A DNA stretch of 43,743 nucleotides from a virus (IMGVR_UViG_2711768004_000006); one strand, 5' to 3'; shown: positions 28,544-37,738, numbered from the stretch's first letter. Notes: generated from the sequence alone by a model not told the origin. Numbers and translations are program-made.

Positions 28544-30210
28544 TACCAGCCCCCCCGATCAAATTCATGATATGCCTCATCGTCATCACGATAACCGCCC
28601 TCCATTGCCCGCGACCGCTCCTGTAGCGCCTGACAGGCTGATTCATCCAGGATGAAGCCCTCCATGTATGACGCCCGGTTTGCCATACAGAGCGCCACGG
28701 CAAAATCACCATGGCGGCGGGCGTTCGCAGCCGTTGCGTTCTGGTCCTTCGTGCGCCCCTTGTCGATTTGCGGGATACCATTCACTACCTTCACATGGCG
28801 CAAATCATCAAGCGTGGTCTGATGGCGGGCGACGAGGATATTCTGATCTTCAAACTCGGCTTTCAGTTTTGGCATCCACTCGCCGTACCACTTCGGCGAC
28901 AACATCACGCAGTCGATGATGTCCGGGCCAAAGGCCAGCAGTGCGGCCTCTGCCAGATAGCCGCCGTTACCGGTGGCGTCGAACGCCGCACCGACCAGCG
29001 CCGGAACGCGGGTCAGGATGTACATCATCACCTGTTCCTGCTGGGCATACGGCAGGTTGCGCAGCTCCACGCGAAACACCTCGCGCTTTGCCAGGGATTC
29101 GGTGATTTCCAGCAGCACAAAGCAGGACAGGTCACCGGTGCGGGCAAAGTCTTCCCCGAAGCTGAAGCGGGAACGGGGATTTAATTTCTCTAAAAGCGGT
29201 TTTAAATGTTCTTCACACCAGGTTAAAACTTCCGATTCACGCAGCCATGCGGCACGGCTGATGAAGTTGTCCGGGGCTTCAAACGTCAGAATCGGGATGT
29301 CGCGGATCATCGCCATTTCAATAAGCGCGTGGGGGATATAGGCACCGCCGGATTTTTTCGGGATACAGCCGTATTCCTCGTCGGCATCCTCACGGGTCGG
29401 GGCGTTTTTGTAGAGATCATCACGCCATTTCTGCTCGCTTTCCGGTGACCATTCCTGATCGGTGACGTAACAGATACGACGGTACAGCCCGTCCGCAATG
29501 GCATCATCCAGGGTTATGCGGTGGACGCTGTAATCCTTGCGCCCCTCGCGGGCTTCCTGAATGTACTGATTAAACAGATTATCGACGCCGTTATGCGTGG
29601 AGATAATACGCACGCGCGCGCCCCACATAGTGAGCGCCATTGCCGCCTTGAGAAGCTCATCCAGTGACTCGTGGAACGCGGCTTCATCAATCACCACATC
29701 CCCCTGAAGGCCGCGCAGGTTTGACGGACGGGAAGACAATGCCTGAATTTTGAATCCACTGTTCGGAAAGCGGATCATGTAGGTCAAAATTTCTTCTTTT
29801 TTATCCCGATCCCAGAATGTCTGCTCATACACATCAGCATCTGCCAGCTGGTTAAAGGCACGGGAGAACAGCGCGCAGGCAGAAATATATTCCAGCGCCA
29901 TCTCCTGCTTTGATCCCACATAAAACACATTGCGGCCACCACGACGCTTCGGTTTTGCAGCAGTAATGACGTTACGCCCGGCTTCCGCCCAGGTAAGACC
30001 GGTGCGGCGGGATTTCTCCGCGATGCAGACCTGACTTTCATCTGCAAACCAGCGGGCCTGATAATCCAGAAACACCGGCATATCACCGGGCAAATCAAGG
30101 CTGTCCGGCACATCCACGCCCAGCAGGGCTTTTTCACCTGACAGATCAATTTTGCGGGGAGGCGTCATTTGCATCAGTGAAGGCGACGTTTCTCTGGCTT
30201 TGTTCATCAT
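28543..30210 (-). CDS. Terminase large subunit (Mu E-like)
   Basis: 555-aa ORF, position between small subunit and portal. Confidence 0.9.
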   Translation of the reverse strand: MMNKARETSPSLMQMTPPRKIDLSGEKALLGVDVPDSLDLPGDMPVFLDYQARWFADESQVCIAEKSRRTGLTWAEAGRNVITAAKPKRRGGRNVFYVGSKQEMALEYISACALFSRAFNQLADADVYEQTFWDRDKKEEILTYMIRFPNSGFKIQALSSRPSNLRGLQGDVVIDEAAFHESLDELLKAAMALTMWGARVRIISTHNGVDNLFNQYIQEAREGRKDYSVHRITLDDAIADGLYRRICYVTDQEWSPESEQKWRDDLYKNAPTREDADEEYGCIPKKSGGAYIPHALIEMAMIRDIPILTFEAPDNFISRAAWLRESEVLTWCEEHLKPLLEKLNPRSRFSFGEDFARTGDLSCFVLLEITESLAKREVFRVELRNLPYAQQEQVMMYILTRVPALVGAAFDATGNGGYLAEAALLAFGPDIIDCVMLSPKWYGEWMPKLKAEFEDQNILVARHQTTLDDLRHVKVVNGIPQIDKGRTKDQNATAANARRHGDFAVALCMANRASYMEGFILDESACQALQERSRAMEGGYRDDDEAYHEFDRGGW

Positions 30211-30455
30211 GCTTTACCTGTCAGAATGCTTTTGATTCGGGACTCAAGCTCTTCAGTCATCACGTCCACGCCGCTCAACTCATCAGTGGCAGCCTCTGCC
30301 AGCAGCGAATGCAGTTGTTCCAGGGATATTTCCCCGGCAATGCTGAGTTCAGTCAACTCACGACATACCTTTATGGTTTCAGGAGGTAACTGTGTTGCAA
30401 GACTGAATGCTTTCTGATGGGCACTGCTCATCAGTGAGCGGTTATCTGTTGCCAT
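30207..30455 (-). CDS. Small protein paralogous to the C-terminal tail of the terminase small subunit
   Basis: Ends ATDELSGVDVMTEELESRIKSILTGKA versus VTDELRGVDGMSEQIEFRIRQMLLGKA in the upstream gene. Confidence 0.5.
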   Translation of the reverse strand: MATDNRSLMSSAHQKAFSLATQLPPETIKVCRELTELSIAGEISLEQLHSLLAEAATDELSGVDVMTEELESRIKSILTGKA

Positions 30456-30465
30456 GATTCACCTC

Positions 30466-31047
30466 CTACGCCTTACCCAGCAGCATCTGCCTGATACGGA
30501 ATTCGATCTGCTCGCTCATGCCATCCACGCCGCGCAACTCATCGGTGACCGCATTCGCCATCTCTTCAGCAAATGCGGCCCGGATTTCTTTTTCACGCTT
30601 AATGCTGCGCTCGGCGGCACTTTCTGCACGCTGTGCCGACAGGAGGATGTCCTTAATAAGGCGCATATCCACATCGCTGTCGCTGTTCAGGGATTCGGTG
30701 GCGGCACGCAGACGGCGGTACATCAGGGCACGGGACATCTCCAGAATCAGTGCCGTGGTTTCACCGGTCGGCTTATCCCCCAGTTCGGCCATCATGGCTT
30801 TTGTCTGCTCGCGTAAATCACGCAGATTACGGGCAATCAGCTCATTACGGGAGGCTTCCCGGCTGATGGCCGCCGGTGAGAGCTGCTGCTCTTCCGGCAG
30901 ACCTGCTTCACGGATCAGACGGTTGATTTCCTCGCGGATCTGGACCTGCGTCAGACGTTTTTCACGCAGCATTTCCAGCAGCGGCTTACGGATGCTGTCG
31001 GGGAGCAAATCCACCTTGCGTACACGGCCACGCGCTGGCTTATCCAT
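30466..31047 (-). CDS. Terminase small subunit-like protein (Mu D/gp27-like)
   Basis: 193-aa ORF immediately upstream of large terminase. Confidence 0.6.
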   Translation of the reverse strand: MDKPARGRVRKVDLLPDSIRKPLLEMLREKRLTQVQIREEINRLIREAGLPEEQQLSPAAISREASRNELIARNLRDLREQTKAMMAELGDKPTGETTALILEMSRALMYRRLRAATESLNSDSDVDMRLIKDILLSAQRAESAAERSIKREKEIRAAFAEEMANAVTDELRGVDGMSEQIEFRIRQMLLGKA

Positions 31048-31049
31048 CG

Positions 31050-31340
31050 TTACCCCCTTGCGCGTGGTTTCTTCACACCCGGAACGGTGGCGCGGCCTTC
31101 CGCCACATCCTGACCCCGGCCGGTCAGTTCAGCGATGAAATAACCGTTAACAAGCGTGCGCTTACGCACCAGTCCCTGCTCGGCAAGCCAGGCAATGTGG
31201 GTATGAACGGTGTCGCGGGACACGCGGTGACCGTAATCATCCAGGCAGTCCTGAAGCACGGATTCGCCCAGTTCGCCGTTGTAATCCGCCAGCGACCGCA
31301 GAATGACAAGACGCTGATCTTCAGTAATGAAATCACTCAT
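31050..31340 (-). CDS. Putative DNA-binding protein (Mu gp26-like)
   Basis: 96-aa ORF with winged-helix-like segment. Confidence 0.5.
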   Translation of the reverse strand: MSDFITEDQRLVILRSLADYNGELGESVLQDCLDDYGHRVSRDTVHTHIAWLAEQGLVRKRTLVNGYFIAELTGRGQDVAEGRATVPGVKKPRARG

Positions 31341-31644
31341 TGTGTTTTTTCCTTACAGCCTGCTCCAGCAGCAGTTCGTTCTGATGGGAGACGGATTTCA
31401 GGGTGGCATTGGTGGCCTTAAGCTCACCGCGCAGGGTGGTGATTTCGATATTGAGTCTGTTCACCTCCTGCTGCGTGGGCAGGCCGGAAATCCGGCTCTC
31501 CACCCGCTCAACCCGGTCGGAGAGTTTTTCAAAGGCCTCGCGGGGGACAAAGGTTTTGCGCATCAGCGCCATGAAGATCCCCCCGGCTGTGGCCGTTGCC
31601 GACAGGATCGGCACGACATAATCTTTAACGATGCTGACCCACAT
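31333..31644 (-). CDS. Membrane-anchored coiled-coil protein (lysis-region, Mu gp25-like)
   Basis: N-terminal hydrophobic helix then coiled coil. Confidence 0.5.
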   Translation of the reverse strand: MWVSIVKDYVVPILSATATAGGIFMALMRKTFVPREAFEKLSDRVERVESRISGLPTQQEVNRLNIEITTLRGELKATNATLKSVSHQNELLLEQAVRKKHNE

Positions 31645-31852
31645 GACCGGCCTCCATGATGTTCTGGCAGTTCACACAACGGATGGCATCCGGCACGGCA
31701 ACCAGACGGGCAGCCGGAATGTCACCCCCGCAGTCCGCGCATACACGCCTGCCCGGTGTCTCCGCCACCCGGCGCTTACGTGTCAGCCGGTCACAAAGGG
31801 CGCGTTCTGTTGCACGCTCCATGACTGCCTGAGCACAATCTGAATCATCCAT
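31625..31852 (-). CDS. TraR/DksA-family C4 zinc-finger protein
   Basis: CADCGGDIPAARLVAVPDAIRCVNCQ; probable start at internal ATG (MDDSDCAQAV...). Confidence 0.7.
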   Translation of the reverse strand: MDDSDCAQAVMERATERALCDRLTRKRRVAETPGRRVCADCGGDIPAARLVAVPDAIRCVNCQNIMEAGHVGQHR

Positions 31853-31862
31853 ACCTTTTTCC

Positions 31863-32234
31863 TTACTTCGTCTTTCCTGCCGGAACAGCAGTCGTTCCGG
31901 CCATATCAGTAAATTCATGCTGTCGCTGTGTCTCCAGACGGCGGATGCTGGCCTTGTCCACGTTGCAGTTTTTAATCACCGCCAGCAGTTGCAGGTTGTA
32001 AGTGACCGATGCACCAAACGTGAACGGCTGCGGCGCGGGAGGGACCAGGCAGTCAGCCAGCCATTCAGCGGGGATCGGCACCGGCTTCACCGGCACGTAT
32101 TTCACAGACGGCCCGCCGCACCCGGTCAGCCACATCATCAGGCACAGGCACAGCGGCAGCAGGCACCGTTGCCAGTGACCGGCGGACAATGCTCTGCTGT
32201 TCCTCGCTGTGCTGCATGTTCTGCTGTTTTTCAT
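31863..32234 (-). CDS. Outer-membrane spanin lipoprotein (Rz1-like)
   Basis: Lipobox LTGC after hydrophobic stretch, Pro-rich mature part; overlaps i-spanin 3' end in another frame; start uncertain. Confidence 0.55.
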   Translation of the reverse strand: MKNSRTCSTARNSRALSAGHWQRCLLPLCLCLMMWLTGCGGPSVKYVPVKPVPIPAEWLADCLVPPAPQPFTFGASVTYNLQLLAVIKNCNVDKASIRRLETQRQHEFTDMAGTTAVPAGKTK

Positions 32235-32586
32235 TCGTGGCCGCCTTGCTGATTTGTGAAATGAGTTGCAGGGTGCGTTGCTGGTTTGCCAGCACCAGAC
32301 GGGCTTCGTCCCGTTCACGCACAAGCACATGATTATTGTCCTCAAGGCGCTGCGTCTTCTGGTGCATTCCCCATACCACGGCAGCCAGCACGCTCATCAC
32401 CCCCAGCGCCGCCATACAGCCTCCGGCAATCAGGGCCGGTAAGGGATTGTTCACCGCAGACACAGCACACCCCGCAGCAGCACAACGGCACACAGCAGCG
32501 CAATCATGAGCGGTCGCCAGAAGCGGTTCAGACTTTCGGCAAATCGTAACGACATAACCATTCATCCGCCGAACGGCGGGCCTCAA
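32065..32586 (-). CDS. Inner-membrane spanin (Rz-like)
   Basis: Hydrophobic segment then charged coiled coil; directly after endolysin; start uncertain. Confidence 0.55.
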   Translation of the reverse strand: MRPAVRRMNGYVVTICRKSEPLLATAHDCAAVCRCAAAGCAVSAVNNPLPALIAGGCMAALGVMSVLAAVVWGMHQKTQRLEDNNHVLVRERDEARLVLANQQRTLQLISQISKAATNEKQQNMQHSEEQQSIVRRSLATVPAAAVPVPDDVADRVRRAVCEIRAGEAGADPR

Positions 32587-33028
32587 GACCGGGGAGTTTT
32601 ACCCCCTTTGAATAAATCCAGCGGATATACTGCTTACAGGACGCGGGCATCTGCCCGGCATTGATAAGGCGCAGGAGCGTGGAGTTGCGAAAGTTCGTTT
32701 CACCGGCCCAGAAAATCCAGGAGGCCAGCGCCACCGTCTGACCACGGGTAAGCGGCACCTGAACATGACGATCGATAGCCGCAAAGGCCCATTTCATGTC
32801 CTTTTCCAGCAGCTCCAGACACTCTTCATCAGTTTTTGTCATCCCCGGTTTCACATCCGGGCCGGTATGGCCGTAACAGATGGTGGGGGTGCCGGTGGGA
32901 TCAATGTACGTGGTGTTTTCTTTCCCTTCCCAGTAGCCGGTGTAGTGCGTGGCAATGGTGAACGTCCCGGCTCCGGCCAGAACAAGGGCAATCAGCTTTT
33001 TACGCAGGGGTGCGGGGAGTTTTGGCAT
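32528..33028 (-). CDS. lys: SAR endolysin (T4-type lysozyme with N-terminal signal-anchor-release domain)
   Basis: N-terminal LIALVLAGAGTFTIATHY hydrophobic segment; E...D...T catalytic spacing in YWEGKENTTYIDPTGTPTICYGHT. Confidence 0.85.
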   Translation of the reverse strand: MPKLPAPLRKKLIALVLAGAGTFTIATHYTGYWEGKENTTYIDPTGTPTICYGHTGPDVKPGMTKTDEECLELLEKDMKWAFAAIDRHVQVPLTRGQTVALASWIFWAGETNFRNSTLLRLINAGQMPASCKQYIRWIYSKGVKLPGLEARRSADEWLCRYDLPKV

Positions 33029-33099
33029 TGTTACGCTGTCTCATGGTGTTCTCTGAGTCAGCGTAACCGTGAGGAAAAGGGGGCAGGATTTGCGGAATA

Positions 33100-33522
33100 T
33101 CAGAAAAGCCGTGGCTGCGTGCGTTCCTGATGCAGGCGACGCTGGTTGCGGATAACGGAGTAAATCTGCGTCTCTGACATCTGGTAGTGGCGGCGCAGGG
33201 TTTCAATTTTTTCGCCCTGGCTCCAGCGGGAAAAAATTTCATTATTGCGCAGTTCGGTGAAAAGGGATTCACCGACCGGGAGATAATAACCACGCCCGCC
33301 CATGTACCCGGCCTGTGCGGCTGCAACCTTACGGGCAAGCATTCCCGCCTGAGCAGGTTCAATCCCCTGACGGTGCAGTTCAGCACTGATCACATCAACC
33401 AGGTCCCGCAGCGTGCCGGGCCAGTTCTTTTTCAGCTCATCATCAGGAATATCATCCAGACGGTCAATCAGCGCGTGCAGCTGTTCGCTGTCACCAAACA
33501 TGCTCATCTGTGTTTCAGCCAT
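33100..33522 (-). CDS. Mor/C-family late transcription activator
   Basis: 140-aa protein directly upstream of lys with C-terminal HTH; only family member in the prophage. Confidence 0.75.
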   Translation of the reverse strand: MAETQMSMFGDSEQLHALIDRLDDIPDDELKKNWPGTLRDLVDVISAELHRQGIEPAQAGMLARKVAAAQAGYMGGRGYYLPVGESLFTELRNNEIFSRWSQGEKIETLRRHYQMSETQIYSVIRNQRRLHQERTQPRLF

Positions 33523-33592
33523 ACCCGCCTCCGGTCATCATTACACAGGGCAAGTTTAAAATAAAAATCCCGCGCTGTGGCGGGATTTGGGG

Positions 33593-34105
33593 TTAACGGG
33601 GGAATGATTTTTCATACAGCCTGCAAACACGCTCATAACTCATCACTGCACGTTCCGACATATCCAGGGCTGCCAGCATTTTGCGGCGGTGCCAGCGTTT
33701 GAGACGCTCCAGCACATCAGAGGCCAGCGCGGGTTGTTGCTCCAGCCACTGCCAGTTAGCCACACCTTCGCCGTCGTTCTGCGCGGCCGTCTGCGATTTC
33801 ACCCAGCGGTTAAGGGCCGTTTCCCCGCCATCAGAGATAAATCCCTGCCGGTGCATCACTTTCCAGATGGCGCGAATTTTGGCGGTCACCGTACCCGGTT
33901 TTAAGGCCCGGTTAACCGGCTTCTGACGCACTTTAAAACCGCGTTTTTTGAAAACATCCAGCACGCGGGATAACTCACCGGGTGACATATCACGGCAACT
34001 GGATTTGCCGGTGGCTGCCAGCAGCGCGGATGTATAGGTATCATGGTCAAGCTGTAGATCGCGTTTTGCGACATGTATTAAGGTAATCAGGGAAGCGCGA
34101 TTCAT
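33593..34105 (-). CDS. GemA-like regulatory protein
   Basis: 170-aa ORF upstream of the activator, synteny. Confidence 0.55.
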   Translation of the reverse strand: MNRASLITLIHVAKRDLQLDHDTYTSALLAATGKSSCRDMSPGELSRVLDVFKKRGFKVRQKPVNRALKPGTVTAKIRAIWKVMHRQGFISDGGETALNRWVKSQTAAQNDGEGVANWQWLEQQPALASDVLERLKRWHRRKMLAALDMSERAVMSYERVCRLYEKSFPR

Positions 34106-34116
34106 TATCGTGGCTC

Positions 34117-34147
34117 CATAAAAAATGGGCGGTGTTACCGCACCGCC
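34117..34147 (-). terminator. Intrinsic terminator-like hairpin upstream of gemA
   Basis: GGCGGTG-ttaccg-CACCGCC followed on the minus strand by ATTTTTTAT. Confidence 0.35.
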
Positions 34148-34175
34148 ATGTCAATTAACATAAAAGGAAAAATCT

Positions 34176-34415
34176 ATGTCAGATATAAAAAATGCACTTG
34201 ATGTTGCCGCATTCACAATGGCTGGAAATCTTATGGTAACCCTGTTCGATAAGGGGCTGATTTCCCGTGAGGAGGCAATACATATTATCAATCTCGCTCA
34301 AAAAAACTCTACCCCGGAAAATGCAGAAGATATCCAGGATGGCTCATATATTAATACCGACTGGCATTTCGACAATCTCCGGGCCTGTATGGGGATTACC
34401 GCTGAAAAAGATTAA
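34176..34415 (+). CDS. Hypothetical protein (opposite-strand AT-rich cargo gene)
   Basis: 79-aa ORF with AAGGAAA RBS; only plus-strand gene inside the early/middle operon. Confidence 0.4.
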   Translation: MSDIKNALDVAAFTMAGNLMVTLFDKGLISREEAIHIINLAQKNSTPENAEDIQDGSYINTDWHFDNLRACMGITAEKD

Positions 34416-34683
34416 AAATTTTTGCATAATGTTCAGATGTAAGAATTGCTGAACCATCAACACCGAGCCTACGGCGAACGTATTCCTCGCGGGCTATTTT
34501 ATTATCCAGAGATACAGCATCCTTAATCAGGTTAATCTCCCGCTCCATTATCAAAAGGGCTTCTCTGGCTGCAAGATTTTCTTTTATCGCATATTCGATA
34601 ATGTCCCGCATACGTTCAAGCATGCCGATTTTAGCCAGTTCTTCGTCGATAGATTTAGGCGCAAATTTGATTTCTTTTTCCAT
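34396..34683 (-). CDS. Hypothetical protein
   Basis: 95 aa from ATG at 34683, which follows the stop of the upstream microprotein. Confidence 0.4.
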   Translation of the reverse strand: MEKEIKFAPKSIDEELAKIGMLERMRDIIEYAIKENLAAREALLIMEREINLIKDAVSLDNKIAREEYVRRRLGVDGSAILTSEHYAKIFNLFQR

Positions 34684-34684
34684 A

Positions 34685-34828
34685 TTATTCATCCTCACAA
34701 TTTATACATGCAGTGTCGTCGCCCATATCGCAGTGGTTACATTTTATCTCACCACAATGTGGGCACTCTTTCAGATACTCCGGGTCCTCATTTCCACAGG
34801 TGGGACATTCAACAATTTGCTCATCCAT
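34685..34828 (-). CDS. Zinc-ribbon microprotein (47 aa, four CxxC pairs); not in ORF track
   Basis: MDEQIVECPTCGNEDPEYLKECPHCGEIKCNHCDMGDDTACINCEDE; start overlaps the upstream stop as ATGGATGA. Confidence 0.45.
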   Translation of the reverse strand: MDEQIVECPTCGNEDPEYLKECPHCGEIKCNHCDMGDDTACINCEDE

Positions 34829-35153
34829 TATGTATCCCCTGTAATTCCGGCAAGGCCGAAAGATGGCACCAGTGCGTCACCTGTCCGTCCTCATCTTCAA
34901 GGCAGGCTCCGGTTTCTTCATCAATAAAAAAGCCTTCATACCCCATATGGCCGATGCGCAGTTCCTGTTGGTCACCATACTGAACAATCAGCACGACAGC
35001 CTCCATATCAGGCGGAAATGCGTCATCCAGTGAATGCCAGGGATAACCGCGCAAATCCCCGAAATAAACGCCGGTCAGCGTTCCGCCACAGAGCGGCATT
35101 CCGGCGGCACACACAAGAGGTTCATCTGATTCAACAAATAAGGTCGTTATCAT
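34821..35153 (-). CDS. Hypothetical protein
   Basis: 110-aa ORF, ATGA coupling with neighbours. Confidence 0.45.
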   Translation of the reverse strand: MITTLFVESDEPLVCAAGMPLCGGTLTGVYFGDLRGYPWHSLDDAFPPDMEAVVLIVQYGDQQELRIGHMGYEGFFIDEETGACLEDEDGQVTHWCHLSALPELQGIHNG

Positions 35154-35701
35154 GGCGTTAACTCCCGTAATACAGCGTCCTCGGCAGTCCGGCGACGGTA
35201 ATAAACTGCGTGAGCAGAATGTTCAGATATTCCAAACTTTTCGCCAATTTCCCGGAATGACAGACGGCGTGGGTAATCGGAATCACGCAGCTCACGTATA
35301 AGACGTACATCATCATCAGATATGCGCGTGCCGGGGCGTAACTCTCCGCACTTTGTTAATCCAGCACCAATCATTCCTGCCCGACATCTGACAGAATCTT
35401 TATTACGTCCGAGATATTCTCCCATTTGCTGGCAGGTCATTGTTCTGGCATTTTTTCGAATAAACTTATCTTCATCAGGTGTAAATCTTGGGTGTTTATA
35501 TTTCAGTAACTCCGGGTATGAACTGCGCAATACACCAGTCCGGTTATATACAGCCCAGACAGTTCTTTTTATTCTGGCAGCAATATCCTTAACCGGGGTG
35601 GATGAATAAAGCGCAATCAGCAGCGCATCTTCTTCAGGTGTCCACGGACGGACATGAGCGGGGGCGCGACCTTTTAGTCCCATGGGTTGTAATTTCATCA
35701 T
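35150..35701 (-). CDS. Putative DNA-binding protein with repeated HTH-like segments
   Basis: RPWTPEEDALLIALY and PRFTPDEDKFIRKNA repeats plus a C-terminal HTH-like segment. Confidence 0.45.
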   Translation of the reverse strand: MMKLQPMGLKGRAPAHVRPWTPEEDALLIALYSSTPVKDIAARIKRTVWAVYNRTGVLRSSYPELLKYKHPRFTPDEDKFIRKNARTMTCQQMGEYLGRNKDSVRCRAGMIGAGLTKCGELRPGTRISDDDVRLIRELRDSDYPRRLSFREIGEKFGISEHSAHAVYYRRRTAEDAVLRELTP

Positions 35702-35704
35702 GCA

Positions 35705-36220
35705 TCACCCCCTGACTCGCTTTTCAGCAGCATAAAACTCATCAGACAGTATTTCGGTCATTTTCTGTTTTGCGGGTTTTACGCCGCACTGAAGGTAAAT
35801 CACATCGTCAACGCAGAACCACTTCACAGGGCCAAACAGGATTGCCGAGAAATCAATACCCAACCAGAACAACAGCGCATCGGTTCTGGCATACGTGACG
35901 GGCGAATATTCACGCCACAGACTGTTCAGTTCATCAGAGGCAACACGCAGGGTTTTAGGGATACGTGATGTGCGCGGTGTGCAGCTCCAGCCATTCGACG
36001 CAGTCGGTTTTCGCCATAAGTCGCGATGAAAAGGATATTTGTCCTCCGTAAAACGCAGTCCCTTAAAGTAAAATCCACTGATACCGGATACAAATACCGA
36101 CCGGCACGCAACATTCAGCACGGCCTCAAGGCGTTTTGCCTCATCCTTAACTTTCTGGCAGTCCTGCTGGTATTTTTGCCACGCAGCCAGCGCGGAAGGG
36201 TTTGATGTTTTAAAGAACAT
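35705..36220 (-). CDS. Hypothetical protein
   Basis: 171-aa ORF in operon. Confidence 0.45.
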   Translation of the reverse strand: MFFKTSNPSALAAWQKYQQDCQKVKDEAKRLEAVLNVACRSVFVSGISGFYFKGLRFTEDKYPFHRDLWRKPTASNGWSCTPRTSRIPKTLRVASDELNSLWREYSPVTYARTDALLFWLGIDFSAILFGPVKWFCVDDVIYLQCGVKPAKQKMTEILSDEFYAAEKRVRG

Positions 36221-36753
36221 TACGCCACCTCCGCAGATATCCCGGCAGGCGCTGCTGTCCGGTCAACAATCAGGTAGCGCAGAACATGTTCAGTGATATT
36301 CCAGCCGCTTAAACCGCAGATAATGACGCCCAGGCGTATGTCGATATACGCCATCACAAACTGGGGCACGCCTTCTTTCATGGCCTGCTCATCAACTTCA
36401 GCCACCACATAAACGGTTTCACAGGTCAGAACGCCCTGAGCAAATTCCCACGCCATCGACGGAATATCATGCCCCTCAATCCATGGCAGGGATTTTCTGA
36501 AGCCGCACCACTGAACATCATCAGCCGCAGATTCCTGGCTGCATTTGCGACGAACCGGCTGCACCGGGCGGGGACGCGGAATATCATAAAAACCGTTACA
36601 TTCCGTCAGCACGCCTGCATCAACCGCATCACGCAGAAAATAAACCATGGAGGATGGCGGCATATTCATTTTTTCAGCCAGTACACCGCAGGTCAGGCGG
36701 CCATAAATACACAGCCAGTTTTTAACCCCTTCAAGCACTTTTGCATCAATCAT
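36220..36753 (-). CDS. Hypothetical protein with N-terminal winged-helix-like region
   Basis: 177-aa ORF downstream of gam. Confidence 0.45.
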   Translation of the reverse strand: MIDAKVLEGVKNWLCIYGRLTCGVLAEKMNMPPSSMVYFLRDAVDAGVLTECNGFYDIPRPRPVQPVRRKCSQESAADDVQWCGFRKSLPWIEGHDIPSMAWEFAQGVLTCETVYVVAEVDEQAMKEGVPQFVMAYIDIRLGVIICGLSGWNITEHVLRYLIVDRTAAPAGISAEVA

Positions 36754-36898
36754 GATTTATTTCCCCACCACATTATTAATGACGATATAAACGTATTTCA
36801 TATTTCTTAACCCTTATTTTCTGTTTTCAGGCGCAAGCAGTCCCCTGACGCGAGCGCCATAATTAAAATGAAGTGATATTTAATTGATTAATGCGGTG

Positions 36899-37429
36899 TT
36901 ATTTATTCAGTCCGGCGTCCTGTTCAAAAGGCTCGACATAAAAACTTTCAGCGCCTTTATTCACCTTGATACCGGCAATGCCTTTCACAGCATCCGGCTC
37001 CGCCAGGACGGCTTCCTTGTTCACTTCCTCTTTCGTGCGGATGAAACGCTCAAGCCCCATACGGCGCAGCATTTCAATCACACCTTCCACATCACGGCTG
37101 ACGCTGCATGATGGCGTTCCCAGCCGCCATGACACCGTTCCGGTGGTCAGATTGGCTGTTTTGGTTTTGCCGCCGTTCGTCAGCTCATCACGGTTGGTTT
37201 TGCACCAGTCCTGAATCCCTTTAAAAAGCACTTTGATTTGCTTTTTAAGATTTTCAATCTGCGGCGTATAACGGGCGGTGATTTCTGCCACTTCGTCATT
37301 CATCGCCGTTTCCAGGCGCAGCGCCTCTCGCTGAATATCTCCCAGGGTGCGGATATCACGGCTGACTTCTTCCCGGGTCTGCGGTGCCGCCTCGGCTGCG
37401 GCCTTTAATTTTGTAACGCGTTTAGCCAT
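36899..37429 (-). CDS. gam: Host-nuclease inhibitor Gam (Ku-like DNA end-binding protein)
   Basis: MAKRVTKLKAAAEAAPQTREEVSRDIRTLGDIQRE...; size and position match Mu Gam. Confidence 0.85.
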   Translation of the reverse strand: MAKRVTKLKAAAEAAPQTREEVSRDIRTLGDIQREALRLETAMNDEVAEITARYTPQIENLKKQIKVLFKGIQDWCKTNRDELTNGGKTKTANLTTGTVSWRLGTPSCSVSRDVEGVIEMLRRMGLERFIRTKEEVNKEAVLAEPDAVKGIAGIKVNKGAESFYVEPFEQDAGLNK

Positions 37430-37440
37430 TTTGTTTTTCC

Positions 37441-37734
37441 TTATTGCAGTGTGCCTGATGCTTTATGCACGCGGTGGCGTTTAATGATGGCATCCGCTCC
37501 AAAAGACTGTGCAGATGCCTGAAATTCCGCTGAGAGAAACTGAATAATTGCAGGACTGTGATACTGGAGAATACTTGCATAAACGTCACAGAGTGACGTC
37601 GGCCTGTTATCCGTATCACGTTCTGTTTTCACATCCACTCCAATCTTTTCATGCACTTCAACACAGTCATTGCCTGCCAACTTTTCGTCATGCGAAACAT
37701 GATTAAATTCAAAAATAACGCGTACTTTGCTCAT
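37441..37734 (-). CDS. Hypothetical early protein (paralog A)
   Basis: Start at internal ATG MSKVRVIFEFNH...; shares N-terminus with upstream neighbour. Confidence 0.45.
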   Translation of the reverse strand: MSKVRVIFEFNHVSHDEKLAGNDCVEVHEKIGVDVKTERDTDNRPTSLCDVYASILQYHSPAIIQFLSAEFQASAQSFGADAIIKRHRVHKASGTLQ

Positions 37735-37738
37735 GGAA

